Source: Peribolospora baueri (Eukaryota). Taken from it: a DNA stretch of 33,711 bases. Of this stretch, positions 22,288 to 33,711 are shown piece by piece; the stretch's first letter is position 1, and each line of letters starts with the position of its first letter. Position numbers and translations under genes: made by a program. Under the pieces are notes generated by a model that was not told where the DNA came from, did no database searches, and saw nothing but the letters and a program-made list of their open reading frames with translations. The stretch is from positions 62,001 through 95,711 of the forward strand of contig JAMDHS010000075.1 of the NCBI GenBank assembly GCA_029717555.1, in the 5' to 3' direction.

Positions 22288-24308
22288 ATGGGCTACGCAA
22301 ACCAAGGCCAGGGCATCCTGCTCGTTGGCAAGTTCCTCGTCGGTGAGTCGCCCTCTCTCTCTCTGCGCCCGCCTTTGCGCTTCCCGTCTGACGGTTGGCC
22401 CCCCTCCCTCTTCGTCATCCGCGCCCGCCCGTCTGCAGTGGCCGCCCAGTCCATCTACTACTGGGAGCTTCTCACCACCATCCACTTGGAGTACAGGCGA
22501 ATTTGGAAGGCACGATGGTCCGCGGTCAAGGTGCTCTTCCTGCTCAATCGGTCAGCGTCGCAACCGAGGCGGTCCATGTCATGGTGGCCGCGGCCGCGTG
22601 CATTTTGCCTACCGCCTCCGTTCTCTTCGCTCATCCATCCCCCTTCCCTTCATTACGCGACCGGTCGGGCAGTTGGCTTGCAGCCTGTCTCGTGACTGCC
22701 GTCTCCACTTCGTTCTTTGTCATCTGGCCGCCCGCTCTGTGTGAAAAGGTCAGCGTCTTCGAGCCGTTGATCACATGGCCCATCATGAGTGAGCTCTCAG
22801 CGCACCACGCTCCGTCGTCCCCCGTCTGTCGTACATCGTTCCTCCCGCGCTCACTCTTCCCTCTTTTTTCTACCCCGCTGGCCCGCCGCAAGTCAGCGGC
22901 CAGGGCATCCTTATCATTCGCAATTACGCAATCTACAACTGCTCCAAGAAGCTCCTAGCCTTTTTGTTGTTCTTGGTCGTCGGCGAAAGCTGCTTCATGA
23001 TCCCGAGCGCTCTCAAGTTCAAGGGTGAGTTGGAGGGTGCGACAAGCCGCGTCTTCCCTGTTTTCGATCGACTGCGTCTCATTCGGCACTCCTTCCCTTT
23101 CCCCTCTCCCTCGCCGACGACCGCCCAGCCGTCGAGCTTCCGCCCGGAGTAGCGGGCTGTCTGGCAGGGTCGAGAGGCCTGTTCACCGCCTTTTTCTGGA
23201 TCACGCCCGCCATCGTCGATTTTATCCTCCTTGCGCTTCAGATCGCCAAGATTTACTGGTATTACCGCCAGGGGACGACGACGCCCATTCTCAAGCTCAT
23301 CCTTCGCGACGGGTGAGTGGAAAGACGACGGACGTGGGCCGAACTGAGGACGAGCCGGGCCGGGGTGGAGCTGACCGCGGACGGAATTGCCCACCTTTTT
23401 TCGTCGTCATTGTCGACTCTCAGCGTGGTCTACGTGAGTAGGAGAGGGAGTCCGTCCCTCGTCGTCTTTCGCTCATCTCCCGCCTCCCATCCTTCCACCC
23501 CTCCTACAGTTCGTCGTCGTGTTCGCTCTGAACATGGTCACCACCGTCTTTTTCCTCCAGTCCAACCAGAACATTCAAAGCATCACGGCGCCTCTGGTGA
23601 GCCTCGTCCTCCTCTCTCTTCCCGTCGTCGAGCAATCCGTCGCTGAAGCGTATCTGCCCGCCTCCGTTCAAGACGATGGTCATGGTGGCCATCTGCTGCG
23701 GACGCCTGGTGCTCAACCTCAAGGCCGAAGACACGGCCAGCAACCCCTTCTCCATCATGGGCACCCACCACTTTGGCTACCATGGCCCGTCCGGGTCGCG
23801 CTCCCTGCCTTCGCACGCGGCCTCGGACACCCTTGGCCCCCCTACTTCGCCCCGCTATCCCCCTCCCTCCTTCAGCCGTGCCGGTGCGGAGGACCAGAAC
23901 CGAGGGCTGTTCGGAACGTTCGGCCTGGGCGACTCGGTGGCCCAGAAGGAGTTGGGCCGCCGAAAGAGCCAGCGACGGGGCGCGGCGTCGTCGTCGGGCA
24001 GGATGAGCTTCTCGGCCGACGTCCAGCACGGCGGCGGTGCGTACGGGCTGCAGCACATCCCGAGCCGCGCAAACAGCCTGAGCAACTCGAGCGGCCGCAA
24101 GTACCACCGGGCTGAGGACGTTCGAGACGGCGGTTACGGCGATGGCGACGGCGATGGCGACGGCGATGGCGACGGCGATGGCGACGGCGATGGCGACGGC
24201 GATGGCGACGGCGAGGACGAGGACGTGTCGCGACGGTCCCACCCAGATGACAACAACCTCTTCTCCGGCGTCCTGATCCACAAGCAGACTGTCGTGACGA
24301 AGGAGTGA
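22288..24308 (+). CDS. DUF6533-type multi-pass (about 7 TM) membrane protein; 8 exons
   Basis: Spliced product includes AAQSIYYWELLTTIHLEYRRIWKARWSAVKVLFLLNR (DUF6533-like), GILIIRNYAIY, FWITPAIVD, LILRDGVVYF (with a 10-nt microexon at 23424-23433) and CGRLVLNLK, followed by a Ser/Gly-rich tail. Start codon is somewhat uncertain. Confidence 0.85.
24138..24209 (+). repeat. Perfect (GGCGATGGCGAC)x6 coding repeat giving (Gly-Asp)12
   Basis: Direct read; in frame in the last exon of the DUF6533-type gene. Confidence 0.9.
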
Positions 24309-25037
24309 TCCCGCAGAGCTTCCCTCCTTTTTTTTCCCCAACGCTCGTTTTGTCTCTCGACACGCTGTTTGTTGACTGGTCGTCCGCGTCGTCGTGCCCT
24401 GCTTTGCCCTTTCTCGCTGTCTTCCTTCTTCTTCTTCTTCCTTCTTCCGTCTTCCCGACGTTTACTTCATCCCGCGCGAAGATCGGCGGTCCCCGTCTGC
24501 GATTCGATTCGATACCAGCCCGCTGGCACTCGTGTATCCATGTATTGGAGATATCCCTGTCTGTCCGTGTAAGTAGTTTCTCCGCATCTTGGGGTGGGTC
24601 CCATCCGACCGGCGACCTGCGACGGCCACAAATAAATCCATTCTTCCATTCTTCCGTCCTTTTTGGGCGTCCATCCGTCGATCGGTCCGGACTGGCCGAT
24701 AACTGTTGCCCTGATTGATCGATCGCCGGCCCACGCGCTTATCAGCTACAGCGGGCCTAAAGGCGGGCGGTGTGCGACAAACAATCGACGGTCGGTCGGT
24801 GCGCGTGACCTTTGACGACGAAGCAAGCAAGCAAGCGGGGAAGGGGGGAAGGGGGGAAAGGCCGAACTACATCTTCATCCTTCGCCATCACCTCTTCCCG
24901 TCCACGTCCACCTCCAACCGCTTCGATCCATCGTCTCCTCCGCACCCTCGCCCCGCTCACCCTTCTTCTCCTCCCACCGCACAGCACCCGTCCCACCTCC
25001 CCTCGCTCTCTGCCTCTGTCGTCAGCCGCGATCCAGA

Positions 25038-28000
25038 ATGCCAGAGCACCGGCACACCCTTGAAAGCGGCCCGGATGCCGTAGATGACAGCGACAAGAGG
25101 TTGGCCGAGCTGGGCTACAAGTGAGCGTCGTCGGTGTGAGGGCGCATCCATCCGCCTCGCTGAGCCGTCTGTCCGTGTTCCTGCGCAACCGACGACCGCT
25201 TTCGACACTGAAGTATGACTGACTGACTGACCGGACCGGCTGACTGACTGGTTTGAACGTCTTCGCCCTCTACGCTTCCCTCTCTTTGACCGCGGGCCGC
25301 TTGTACAGGCAAGAGTTCAAGCGCGAGCTCTCCCTTCTGGCAGTGTAAGTGCACGCGCCCCTTCGTCCGTCGTTCGTTCGCCCGTCGCCTACGAGCCTTG
25401 GGGCGAAACTGCGTGACCGACCTCGCATTGCTTTCCCGCTCGCTCGCCACCCTCCTTCGCAGAGCAGGCCTAGGTGAAGATCGATGAGACAGCGCTTTCA
25501 CGAGCCCGAGCCGAGCCATGTCTTTTGGCTGATCCGCGCTCATGTGCTGCTTCGACGTCTTTTTTTTGGCCCACACCTCACGCACACGACAGCCTTTACC
25601 AGTATTGGCATTCTGACCGGTGAGCGTCCCCGCGCCTTTTCAGGCGTCTGATCCAACCGAACTGGCTTTCACCCCTTTGTCCTCTCCCTCGCCTTCTCCA
25701 CCACCGCATCCCCGCACCCTTGCACAGGCATGTCGAGCGCATTTCAGACAGGCCTCTTTTCCGGAGGTCCCCTCGGTCTGTTCTGGGGATGGGTAAGCTA
25801 GGCCGCTTCCCGAGCGTCCACAGACGAACCAACTAAGCGCTTTCATCCTTCCCCTCCTTCTAGAACATTTGCGCCCTCTTCATGTTTGGCCTCGCTTTGG
25901 GACTCGCCGAGATTGTGGGTGATTCCGTGCTCTCCTCATCGAGACTCTTCTCCATCCGTCTTCACCATTCTCATCGTCCTTCCGCTCCCCCTTGGGGTCT
26001 TGGCCAGTGCTCCGTATTCCCTACCGCCGGCGGATTGGTGCGTGGACGTGGCGTAGTCGTTGTGCCCTCAACCACATCCGCGAACCCTGACTCGAGCCGG
26101 CTCGATTTGAAACTCCTTCAATCGATCGCACTCTCGTAGTATTACTGGACCTGCAGACTCAAACCCGACGTGCCCGCGCTTGGCTTCATCACCGGCAACG
26201 TGTACGCCTGGGCGATGGTGCTGACGGGCACTTCGGGAAACCTCTCCGTGGCGCTGTATCTGGCCAGCATGGTCGAAGTGGGGACGGGACGGACATTGAC
26301 CAGAGTCGAGATCGCCGCCGTCGCGTGGGGCATCAACATTTTTAGCGGGATCATGAACACTGTCGTGAGTGTGCCGGCTGTGTCAACCGGCGGATGAGGA
26401 CCGCGATGAGGACCGCGGCCGAGACGGATGAATGCGTGTGTGTCGTCCATCTCTCCGTGCAGGGTACCAAGGCGATCGGGCTCATGTCCAAGTTCAACGT
26501 CTGGTGGACAATGGGAGGGACCATCGTCCTCGTCGTCACCCTTCTCGTCAAAGCTCCGGTCAAGGTGAGCCTTCGACCGGCTTGCCGTGCGATCCCGTCG
26601 CGAATCCGGTGAATCTGAGCGGCATGGGCCCCATCGTTACTAATATCCCATTTCAAATCTCCCGACTCTCGGCACGCGAAGAACTCGGCCCAGTTCGCTT
26701 TCACAGACTTTGAGAACTTTACCGGGTGGTCCAACAAGGGTTTCGTCGTCTTGCTTGGCTTCTTGCAAGCCGTCTACACGTGAGCCTCGTCTGCGTCGCG
26801 TGACAGAGACGCAACGTCTGGACTGAATGGGCGCTTCTCACACGCTTCGCCTCCACAGGCTTGAAGGTTGTGAGGTAAGCTGTTGCAGAGAGGATCAAAG
26901 GTCGCGCGTTTCTAGCCTGGAAGGCCGGCCGTCTTGTCATCACCAACCGAAACGCCTTCCACCACCCCGCAGGCAGCAGCTCAGGTGGCGGAAGAGGCGA
27001 AAAACGCTGAGCTTATGGCGCCCGTCGCGATCGCAGTCTCGTGAGCGAACGTCGCCGAGAAGCGCTGCTGACTCGTCGTACGAGCTGACGCGATGGCTTG
27101 TCCATGCCTCTCCCTCATATAGCATCGCCGGATCTTGGTTTGTCGGCCTCATTTACATGCTCGCCTTGCTGTTTTCGGTGCAGAGCATTCCTAACATTCA
27201 ACAAACCAGCTACGCGATTCCCATCGCTCAGTTGTTCTACGTAAGTTGTTCACGCGTGGCATCCAACCAAAGTCGGTCCTGCGTTCACTTATCGTCGGGA
27301 CATGTATCTTCTTGCACTTTTTTTCTTCAGGACGCCGTCGGAAAGGTGAACTCTTTTTCCACTAAAAGTTCATTTGGGCCGTGGTCGAATTGGCCGTCGT
27401 TGACTCGCCTTTCTTTTTCCCTCACACCCACACCGACAGAGGCTCACGCTACTCCTCCTCTTTGTCGTCATGCTAGCCCAGCAAATGGCCGCCATGACCG
27501 CTTTTACCGCCTCCTCTCGCCTCTTCTACGCCCTGTCGCGCGACCACGCTTTCCCATTCCGCAAGACGTTCATGAGCCTCACGCCCACGGGAGCGCCTTG
27601 GGCAGGGGTGTGGCTCAGCGTACTTGTGGCCGTGGTGATCAGCTGCGCTTACATCGGTAGCACCATCGCGTTCACCGCCATCCTCAGCAGCGCCGCCATC
27701 GGCGTCATGCTCAGCTATCTCAACCCGGTACTGATCAGGGTAGTCTGGCCCAACTCGTCAGTCTCTTTAACATGTTTTTCCTTCGTTCGACTCATTCGCC
27801 CGCCGCTCCACCCTGACGACGTCTCTTCGGCTTGCCTTGATCTGAAACAGCATGCCCCAACGCGGCCCGTTCCATCTGGGCCGCTTCTCCTACCCGATCA
27901 ACCTCGCCTCCGTCCTCTTTACAATCTTCATCTGCATCTTGTTCGTCCTCCCCACCGCATACCCTACCAATGCACAGAACATGGTCCGTCGTTTTTTTTA

Positions 28001-28435
28001 TCCTCTATTTTTTCTCGCCTCGGGGTTACGAACGGTACGCCGATGAACTTGAACCACTCGCTCTCGTCTCCGTCTGCCTCAGAACTATGCCGTGGTTGCT
28101 ATCGGAGGCCTTATCTTACTGGTTGCGAGGTCTGTCTTATTTACTCTGTCGTCGAACTATGATGCGAAGCTAACCGCGGGACCAATGTCCCTCCTATTTT
28201 TTCCCCCTCCTTCCCCATCGTCCCTTCCTATCTGCTCCACATCCTACCCTCCAGTCAATATATCTTTTGGGGCCGACACCACTTCAAAGGTCTCGTCCGC
28301 ACGCTGGAACCGGTCGAGCGTACGACGGAAACGTACGAGACTCAGGGGAAGGAGAAAGGAGAGAAGGCACGCGAGGAGGTCGAGGGCGTCGAAGGCGACA
28401 AGGCGGTGGAGGCGGAGGTGTCCGACGACAAATAG
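25038..28435 (+). CDS. APC-superfamily amino acid/choline/GABA permease (ACT family, UGA4/HNM1-like); about 18 exons
   Basis: Spliced product: DKRLAELGYKQEFKRELS, GLFSGGPLGLFWGW, LAEICSVFPTAGGLYYW, FTDFENFTGWS, LEGCEAAAQVAEEAKNA, ASSRLFYALSRD.AFPF, RGPFHLGRFS, PTAYP..QNMNYAVV, HFKG; stop TAG at 28433-28435. Microexons of 11 nt (25463-25473), 15 nt and 16 nt. Confidence 0.93.
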
Positions 28436-30015
28436 GCTATACCAAGTCCCAATTCGTTTGTTTGTTTGTCGCACGTCTATCGGACGCTCCGGACAAACCG
28501 TCGTTTGCTTTCGTTGTTAGGTCTCGGTCGTCGGACTTTTTCTTTTTTTTTTTTTTTTTTTCCTCTTTTCTTTTCTTTCGCATTCGAATGGGACTGGCTG
28601 TCGGCAGCCAAGACCCGTTCTTTCGACCCTTCGCTCTTCGTTTGCTTTTCTGCTCGGGATTGGCGGGCAAGACGACGATTACGAGGTCGTGGCCGTGTCG
28701 CGTCGTGTCGCAGACCAAGGTCTATCTATATACCCCTTTGGCAGGTAAGCGGCGCGGGGCGGTCTGGGGGGGGGGGAGGGAGATGAGAGAGGATATCAAT
28801 CTTGTTTCCTATCCGCGCCGTCTTTCGTGGTTCTGCACCGTGGAACCGCAGGGTGATGACGTCTGTTTCATCTATCTGCCTTGCCGGCCGAGAGCCGTCT
28901 CTAGCCTGACGGAGGCCAAATCGTCTTTTAAGAGCGCATCGTCGGTTCGTTCCCCCTTTCCTGGGAACGGGTGTCACCGACGCTTAGAGAGAAAAAAGGC
29001 TATGGTGATAAAGGGCCGTCGAAGCCGCGCTCGCTGCTGCCAGACGTTAACTGTTCGCAGCGAGCACAGCGCGGCGGGCTGTTCGATGTGCGCACACGGA
29101 CCGCCCGGAGACGTCGTCGACGTCGACGATCGAAAGCGTGATCGGGGCGCGGGGGAAACCTTTTGTTACATCGCACGGCAGATATGGTACAGGCTACGCA
29201 CTAGGGGCTACAGAACGGACGGAGCAGAGGAACGAGCGAGGCATATGGACGCCCTAGCAGGGGCAGGGAGCTACCGTTGATATCCGATCGATGGCGACGA
29301 AGGCGACGATAGGGTTGCATAGGACGAAGATGAAGCGAGCGCTGAGAGTCGCGAGCCGAGGAGGTATCGAGCTCCTGAAAGGTCCGAGCATAGGCTTGGA
29401 GGGATGGAAGGACGCATATGTTGAAGAGCCGAGCCCTGAAGCGTGATCGATTCCGGATCCAAGTCGAAAAAAATGGCCGAAAGCACCCAAAAATGGAAAG
29501 CGAGGACGCATTGAGGAGGCCGTGTCATTACACGGCCACAAGACATAGTGTGCACGGCTAGATAGGCGTAGGTGCGGGTACCAGCCCGGCTCAGGATCAT
29601 TTTAAGCGACTGGCCACTGCCACCCACGAAGGGATTGGCTGGCGCTGACGCTCGTCTCACCGCCGTCGTTCGCCGACACAGGGAACGGCGGACGCGGCGC
29701 GTCGGGAGCGAGAGCGGGAGCGGGAGCGGGAGCGGCCGTAAATGCGGACATCACCGACGGCCGGTGCAAACGAGGGGAGCGAGAGGACGGGAAAGTGAAG
29801 TACGGAGCGTACCGAGGCGACGGGGCAGAGCTAAAAAAGATCGGCAGGGAGGAGAACATCGGCCGTTCGTCCGCGCTGGCCGGTACGAGCGTGAGATCAG
29901 CCTGGACGTGGACGGGGGGAATATCCCGGGAAAGCGAGAGGCGGGGGCGCACGCCGAAGGCGAGGAGGTTTGTGCCCAAGCCCATGTCCATACTCGTTAT
30001 CGTAGTCGTGCTCCA

Positions 30016-31500
30016 TCACCTACCCATGTCCGCGTCCACGCCGGCGTCCATCCCGGGCGACCGTTGAAGAATCGCAGTCTGCTCCCATGCTTGCTGCTGC
30101 TGTTGCTGCTGCTGCTGACCAAAGTACATTCCCCAAGCGGGAGCGGACTCGGGAATAGAAGCGCCAGTGCCTCCAAAAGCAAAGGGGAAGGCACCGTTTG
30201 CGGTAGCGGTAGCGATGCCGGTGTCGGCGCTGACGGAAGGGAAAATGGCGAATGGGACTGGCGCCGAGGGAAGTGGCTTGGCGGCTGCGGCCGCGGCTTT
30301 GTGGGGATAGGCTTGCTGCTGTGCGTAGAGGTACATCGGATTGGATGCGGGTGCGGGTGCGAAAGCTGGCTGAGGCTGAGGCTGGTATTGCTGCTGCTCA
30401 AAGGTGGTGGTAGCTGCAGTGGGCGCCGAGAGCGGGGTGGCGATAGAAGGAAGAGGCAAGGAGGTTTGGCCGTGAACGGAGCAATAACAGCAGTGATGAG
30501 GGTGAGGGTGAGGGTCGCCGTGGTAGGTGGGTTGCTCGACGGGAGAAGGAAGCTGGACGTCAGCGCTAGGATAGATAGGCCTTGTGAGGGTGACCGGCTG
30601 GAAAGGTAAGCCGGATTGCGACTCGTGGACGGACGCAGGTGGATCCGAAGACTGGACGTCAATGAAAGGCTGCGGCGGAGCGAGATGGTCGGGGCCGTCG
30701 AGGCCGTCCAGGACGTCCTGCAACGCGACGGGGCATACGAACGCGGCGACGAGGTCGGCCTCGTCGGCGTCGTCTGCGGCGACTTTTACTTGCCGCTTTT
30801 GGGCCGGCACCGACACGGCCTGCTTCTGCTGCGCTGGGTCGACGAGCGAATCGGCGTTGGCGGAGAGCCATTGCAGTACTTGGTCGGAGGCGGGCGGTGT
30901 CATCTGCCGGTCGAAAACACGCGGAAAGGGCGTTAACAAGGAGGGCCGGAGCAGAATGTCAGCCGACGGCCCACGCTCAGGACGATGAAGACGGACGGTA
31001 AAGAGGGAAAGGAAAAGATAGATACTCACGTCCTCGTCGTCCTTCCCTTCACCGTCCTCGTCGGACCTGTCCTCTCCTTTTTCGGCATCTTGGTCCGCCG
31101 ACGCGGCATCGTCCTCCGTATCCTCGCCCTGTTCATCCTCGGACCCTTTGTCCGGGCTCGAAACGGCCGAGGTCGAGTAGTCGTCTGAGCTCGCAATCTC
31201 CTCCTTTTCGTCCGAGTCAATCCTCGCATCCTCCCCCTGGGCCGCCCGATCCGTCTCCCCTATCTCCACATCGTCCTCTCCCACTGCATCCTCGTCGCTC
31301 CACTCCTCCTCGGGGGTCCCCATCGCTACGATGTTGTCAGGCCTGCCAACGGTAACAGTCGTGTCGTCGGAGCGAGGACTCGCATCCTCTACATCCACAT
31401 CCACATCCACGTCGTGAGCCGTGTCGCGGTAAAAGAGCCTTAGCTTGGGGAGCTTAGGGAGCTTTTCGGGCAGGCGGACCTGGCCAGTGGTTGGACGCAT
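30016..31500 (-). CDS. Hypothetical low-complexity protein (acidic D/E-rich N-half, Gln/Pro/Ala-rich C-half); boundaries uncertain
   Basis: Long ORF with strong compositional domains and a GTGAGT...CAG intron at 31029-30904. May have an upstream exon (acceptor-like CTCTCCCAG near 31552) and may extend 3'. No family recognised. Confidence 0.55.
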   Translation of the reverse strand: MRPTTGQVRLPEKLPKLPKLRLFYRDTAHDVDVDVDVEDASPRSDDTTVTVGRPDNIVAMGTPEEEWSDEDAVGEDDVEIGETDRAAQGEDARIDSDEKEEIASSDDYSTSAVSSPDKGSEDEQGEDTEDDAASADQDAEKGEDRSDEDGEGKDDEDVSIYLFLSLFTVRLHRPERGPSADILLRPSLLTPFPRVFDRQMTPPASDQVLQWLSANADSLVDPAQQKQAVSVPAQKRQVKVAADDADEADLVAAFVCPVALQDVLDGLDGPDHLAPPQPFIDVQSSDPPASVHESQSGLPFQPVTLTRPIYPSADVQLPSPVEQPTYHGDPHPHPHHCCYCSVHGQTSLPLPSIATPLSAPTAATTTFEQQQYQPQPQPAFAPAPASNPMYLYAQQQAYPHKAAAAAAKPLPSAPVPFAIFPSVSADTGIATATANGAFPFAFGGTGASIPESAPAWGMYFGQQQQQQQQQAWEQTAILQRSPGMDAGVDADMGR

Positions 31501-33111
31501 GGCGTGTTGGAGTGCGTCAATTTTAAGAGGTGGACGATGGTCGAGGACAGGCTGGGAGAGAGGGAGGAAAGAAAAGGGCAAACTGGTGCGCGAGTGCGAA
31601 GGAATGAAAGAAAGGAAGAGGAAGGGTGCGTATGCTGTTGGTTTTGATTAGGCCCCGACGGGTTCGTTCGTTCTTGTGGCGAACGGGGCTGGGACGTTTA
31701 GAAACGAACCGAGGCGAGCGCTGGGAGGGAGAAGAGAAAGCAAAGGAAAGGGCGCCGACGAGGCTGGGGAGGGCGACCTGTTTTATGTGCTCGCGGCGGA
31801 GGGGCCAACACGACGATGGGTGGACGGCGGCTATGACAGCCATCATGAGTGTTTGCGCGCGAGGTAGGGATGGAAGGGAAAGACCTCGGGCCGACGTCGA
31901 CAGTCTCCGTCGTACGGGCCCTTTGTCCCCAACGGGAGGCGTGCGGATCTGTGGGCTGTGCGAGGATGGGCGGCGGAGGAGGTGCGGATGGCGTCAACGA
32001 CGAGGATGTGGGCCAAGGCGGCGCCCAATCAATCCTCCAACGCTCCGATGCTCCAACGTTCCAACGGTCCCACTCCACTCTCCGACCCTCCGACGCTGGC
32101 GTATCACGACGGCTGGCAAGGGAGAGACGGACGGGGTGAGCGGAGTGGAGAGCACAGCGCGCGGTCGAGGTGAGCGAAAGAAGAGGTCAGCAGACAGGGC
32201 CAGGAACAAGGAACAGCGTGAGGTCAGCTTGGGCAGGGCATATACGGACGAGGACGTGGGACGACGACGATGGCGGAGACAACCAAAACAACCAAACCAA
32301 ACCCGCCGTCCGTCCGTCGGTCCCGTTCGGTACGCCGCGCCGGGCCCGAGACGCGGCGCGTAAAGCGACGCACGCGCATCGCATCGCGTTGATGGATGGA
32401 TGGACGCTCGTCCCACGTCCACTTTGCCTTCGTTCATCTCACTCTTGCAGGTGGTGACGACGGACACCCGCAATCCACAAGCTGCGTCGAACACCGGCGG
32501 CACTCCTGCGGCCCCTCGTCTTCTGCGGCCCGCTCTCTTTCGTCCCTCGCCCTCGCCCACCTCCTCCTTTGTATTTGTAACGCCTCGCTCGACGCGGGTG
32601 GATGGCGACACCCCACCACGGCGTTCTCCTTGGTCGATGGGAGACGGCCGTCTGGTCGGTCGTGGTGAGCATCCGGGACGATGGGCACCGGCCGAACCGA
32701 TCCGTAAAGGTGGTGACATCGACGGCGAGGCGGAACCATTCCGCGTTCGGCCGTCGTATCCCCGCTGCCGCAAGAATGGCGACGACATAGAAGGTTCATT
32801 GTTTCGCGACTGCCACCGTCGCTCGACTTTGGCCATGTTTGCACAACTTCCTCTTTCTCACGTCGCCCGCCCGCCTTCGCCAAGTGCTATCGATGGCTGG
32901 CCGTACCTACCGCACACGGCCGAACTATGTCCGGCGGACAGGACAGGACAGGTGGAGATCAGAAAGAAGGTCACACCTCATAAAGACCTCTCACCCCGGG
33001 CAGGTCGCTTTGGTCACATCCTCACCCATCTCTCCCTCACACTCCACTCTAGATTCCTACTGCTCGTTCCACGGCACCTCATCTTGAACCCCCACTGACC
33101 CTCTTTCAGCC

Positions 33112-33711
33112 ATGTCTGCCCAAACAATTCAGGCGCTCTCCGAGCCTGTTCACTTCACCCGCTCGGGTAAGACGGCGATAAACCGGTTCCTCAAGAGCGC
33201 GATGACGGAGCGTCTTTGCTCGTGGGACGACAACGACCTGCAGAAGAGGGGCAAGCCCACGCCCGAGTACATTCGCCTGTACGAGGAGTGGGGCAAAGGG
33301 CAGATCGGGACCATCATTTTGGGCAACATCCCCGTCAACTGTGAGCGCGACACCTCGCCTCGACCTTTCTTGCTTCTCGCTCCGGCGCATAGCGTCGTAT
33401 ATGCACCTGCTATCGCGGCATAGCTCATCTATTTGCATCATCCGTCTTCCTCGCACACATTCACAGTCCTTTACCCCGAGGCCAAGAAGAATGCCTGCAT
33501 CGGTAAGTGGAGTCCACATACGTGCCGTCCTACTCCTCCTGGAGACGGTGACCGCTGGTGGAATTAACGTTGCTCTTTTTCGCGCTCGTCCCCTGCTCAG
33601 ATCCTACCTCCAAGTGGGACGTCGTGGAGGCCTTCAAGCCCGTCATTCGCGCTTGCAAGGCCTCCGGCAGCCTCGTCATCGGTCAACTCACTCACGCTGG
33701 CCGCCAGACCA
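33112..33711 (+). CDS. NADH:flavin oxidoreductase / Old Yellow Enzyme family, 5' partial
   Basis: Exons 33112-33340, 33467-33502, 33601 to the window end. Motifs: NRFLKSAMTE, RGKPTPEYIRLYEEWGKG, GTIILGN, IGQLTHAGRQT, typical of the FMN-binding TIM-barrel N-terminus. Confidence 0.9.

Noticed and set aside
25121..28254. TPP riboswitch in the permease introns
   Set aside because: No CTGAGA plus ATACC/TGAxCTxGATAAT-type core was found, and the introns are of ordinary size.
29518..29537. Perfect 8-bp hairpin GGCCGTGT-CATT-ACACGGCC
   Set aside because: A single short stem is expected by chance in GC-rich DNA, and there are no accompanying RNA-family motifs.
28267..30609. Long + strand ORFs 28267-29280 and 29572-30609
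   Set aside because: The first runs through a poly(T) 3' UTR out of frame with the permease; the second is antisense to the Gln/Pro-rich gene.

Overview
GC-rich, intron-dense fungal DNA, most consistent with a basidiomycete (GTGAGY/GTGCGT donors, CTGAC/CTCAC-type branch points, microexons, many SSRs). Most listed six-frame ORFs are GC shadow ORFs, so I rebuilt the gene models by hand from splice sites. In order: secreted bicupin oxalate decarboxylase (16 exons); ~1470-aa Ser/Arg-rich disordered protein; aldehyde dehydrogenase of the bacterial GbsA/betaine-aldehyde type with a likely mitochondrial presequence (- strand); a head-to-head class II aldolase/adducin-family pseudogene with about 4 frameshifts and a premature stop; SCD6/LSM14; a disordered protein with an Mso1-like motif; a DUF6533-type membrane protein; an 18-exon APC permease; an acidic/Gln-Pro-rich hypothetical protein (- strand); and the 5' part of an Old Yellow Enzyme-family flavin oxidoreductase. 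The best non-coding find is a box C/D snoRNA (snR52-like, guiding 18S Am420) inside SCD6 intron 3. No CRISPR, tRNA, rRNA or transposon was seen. Family assignments come from motif recognition from memory, not database searches.
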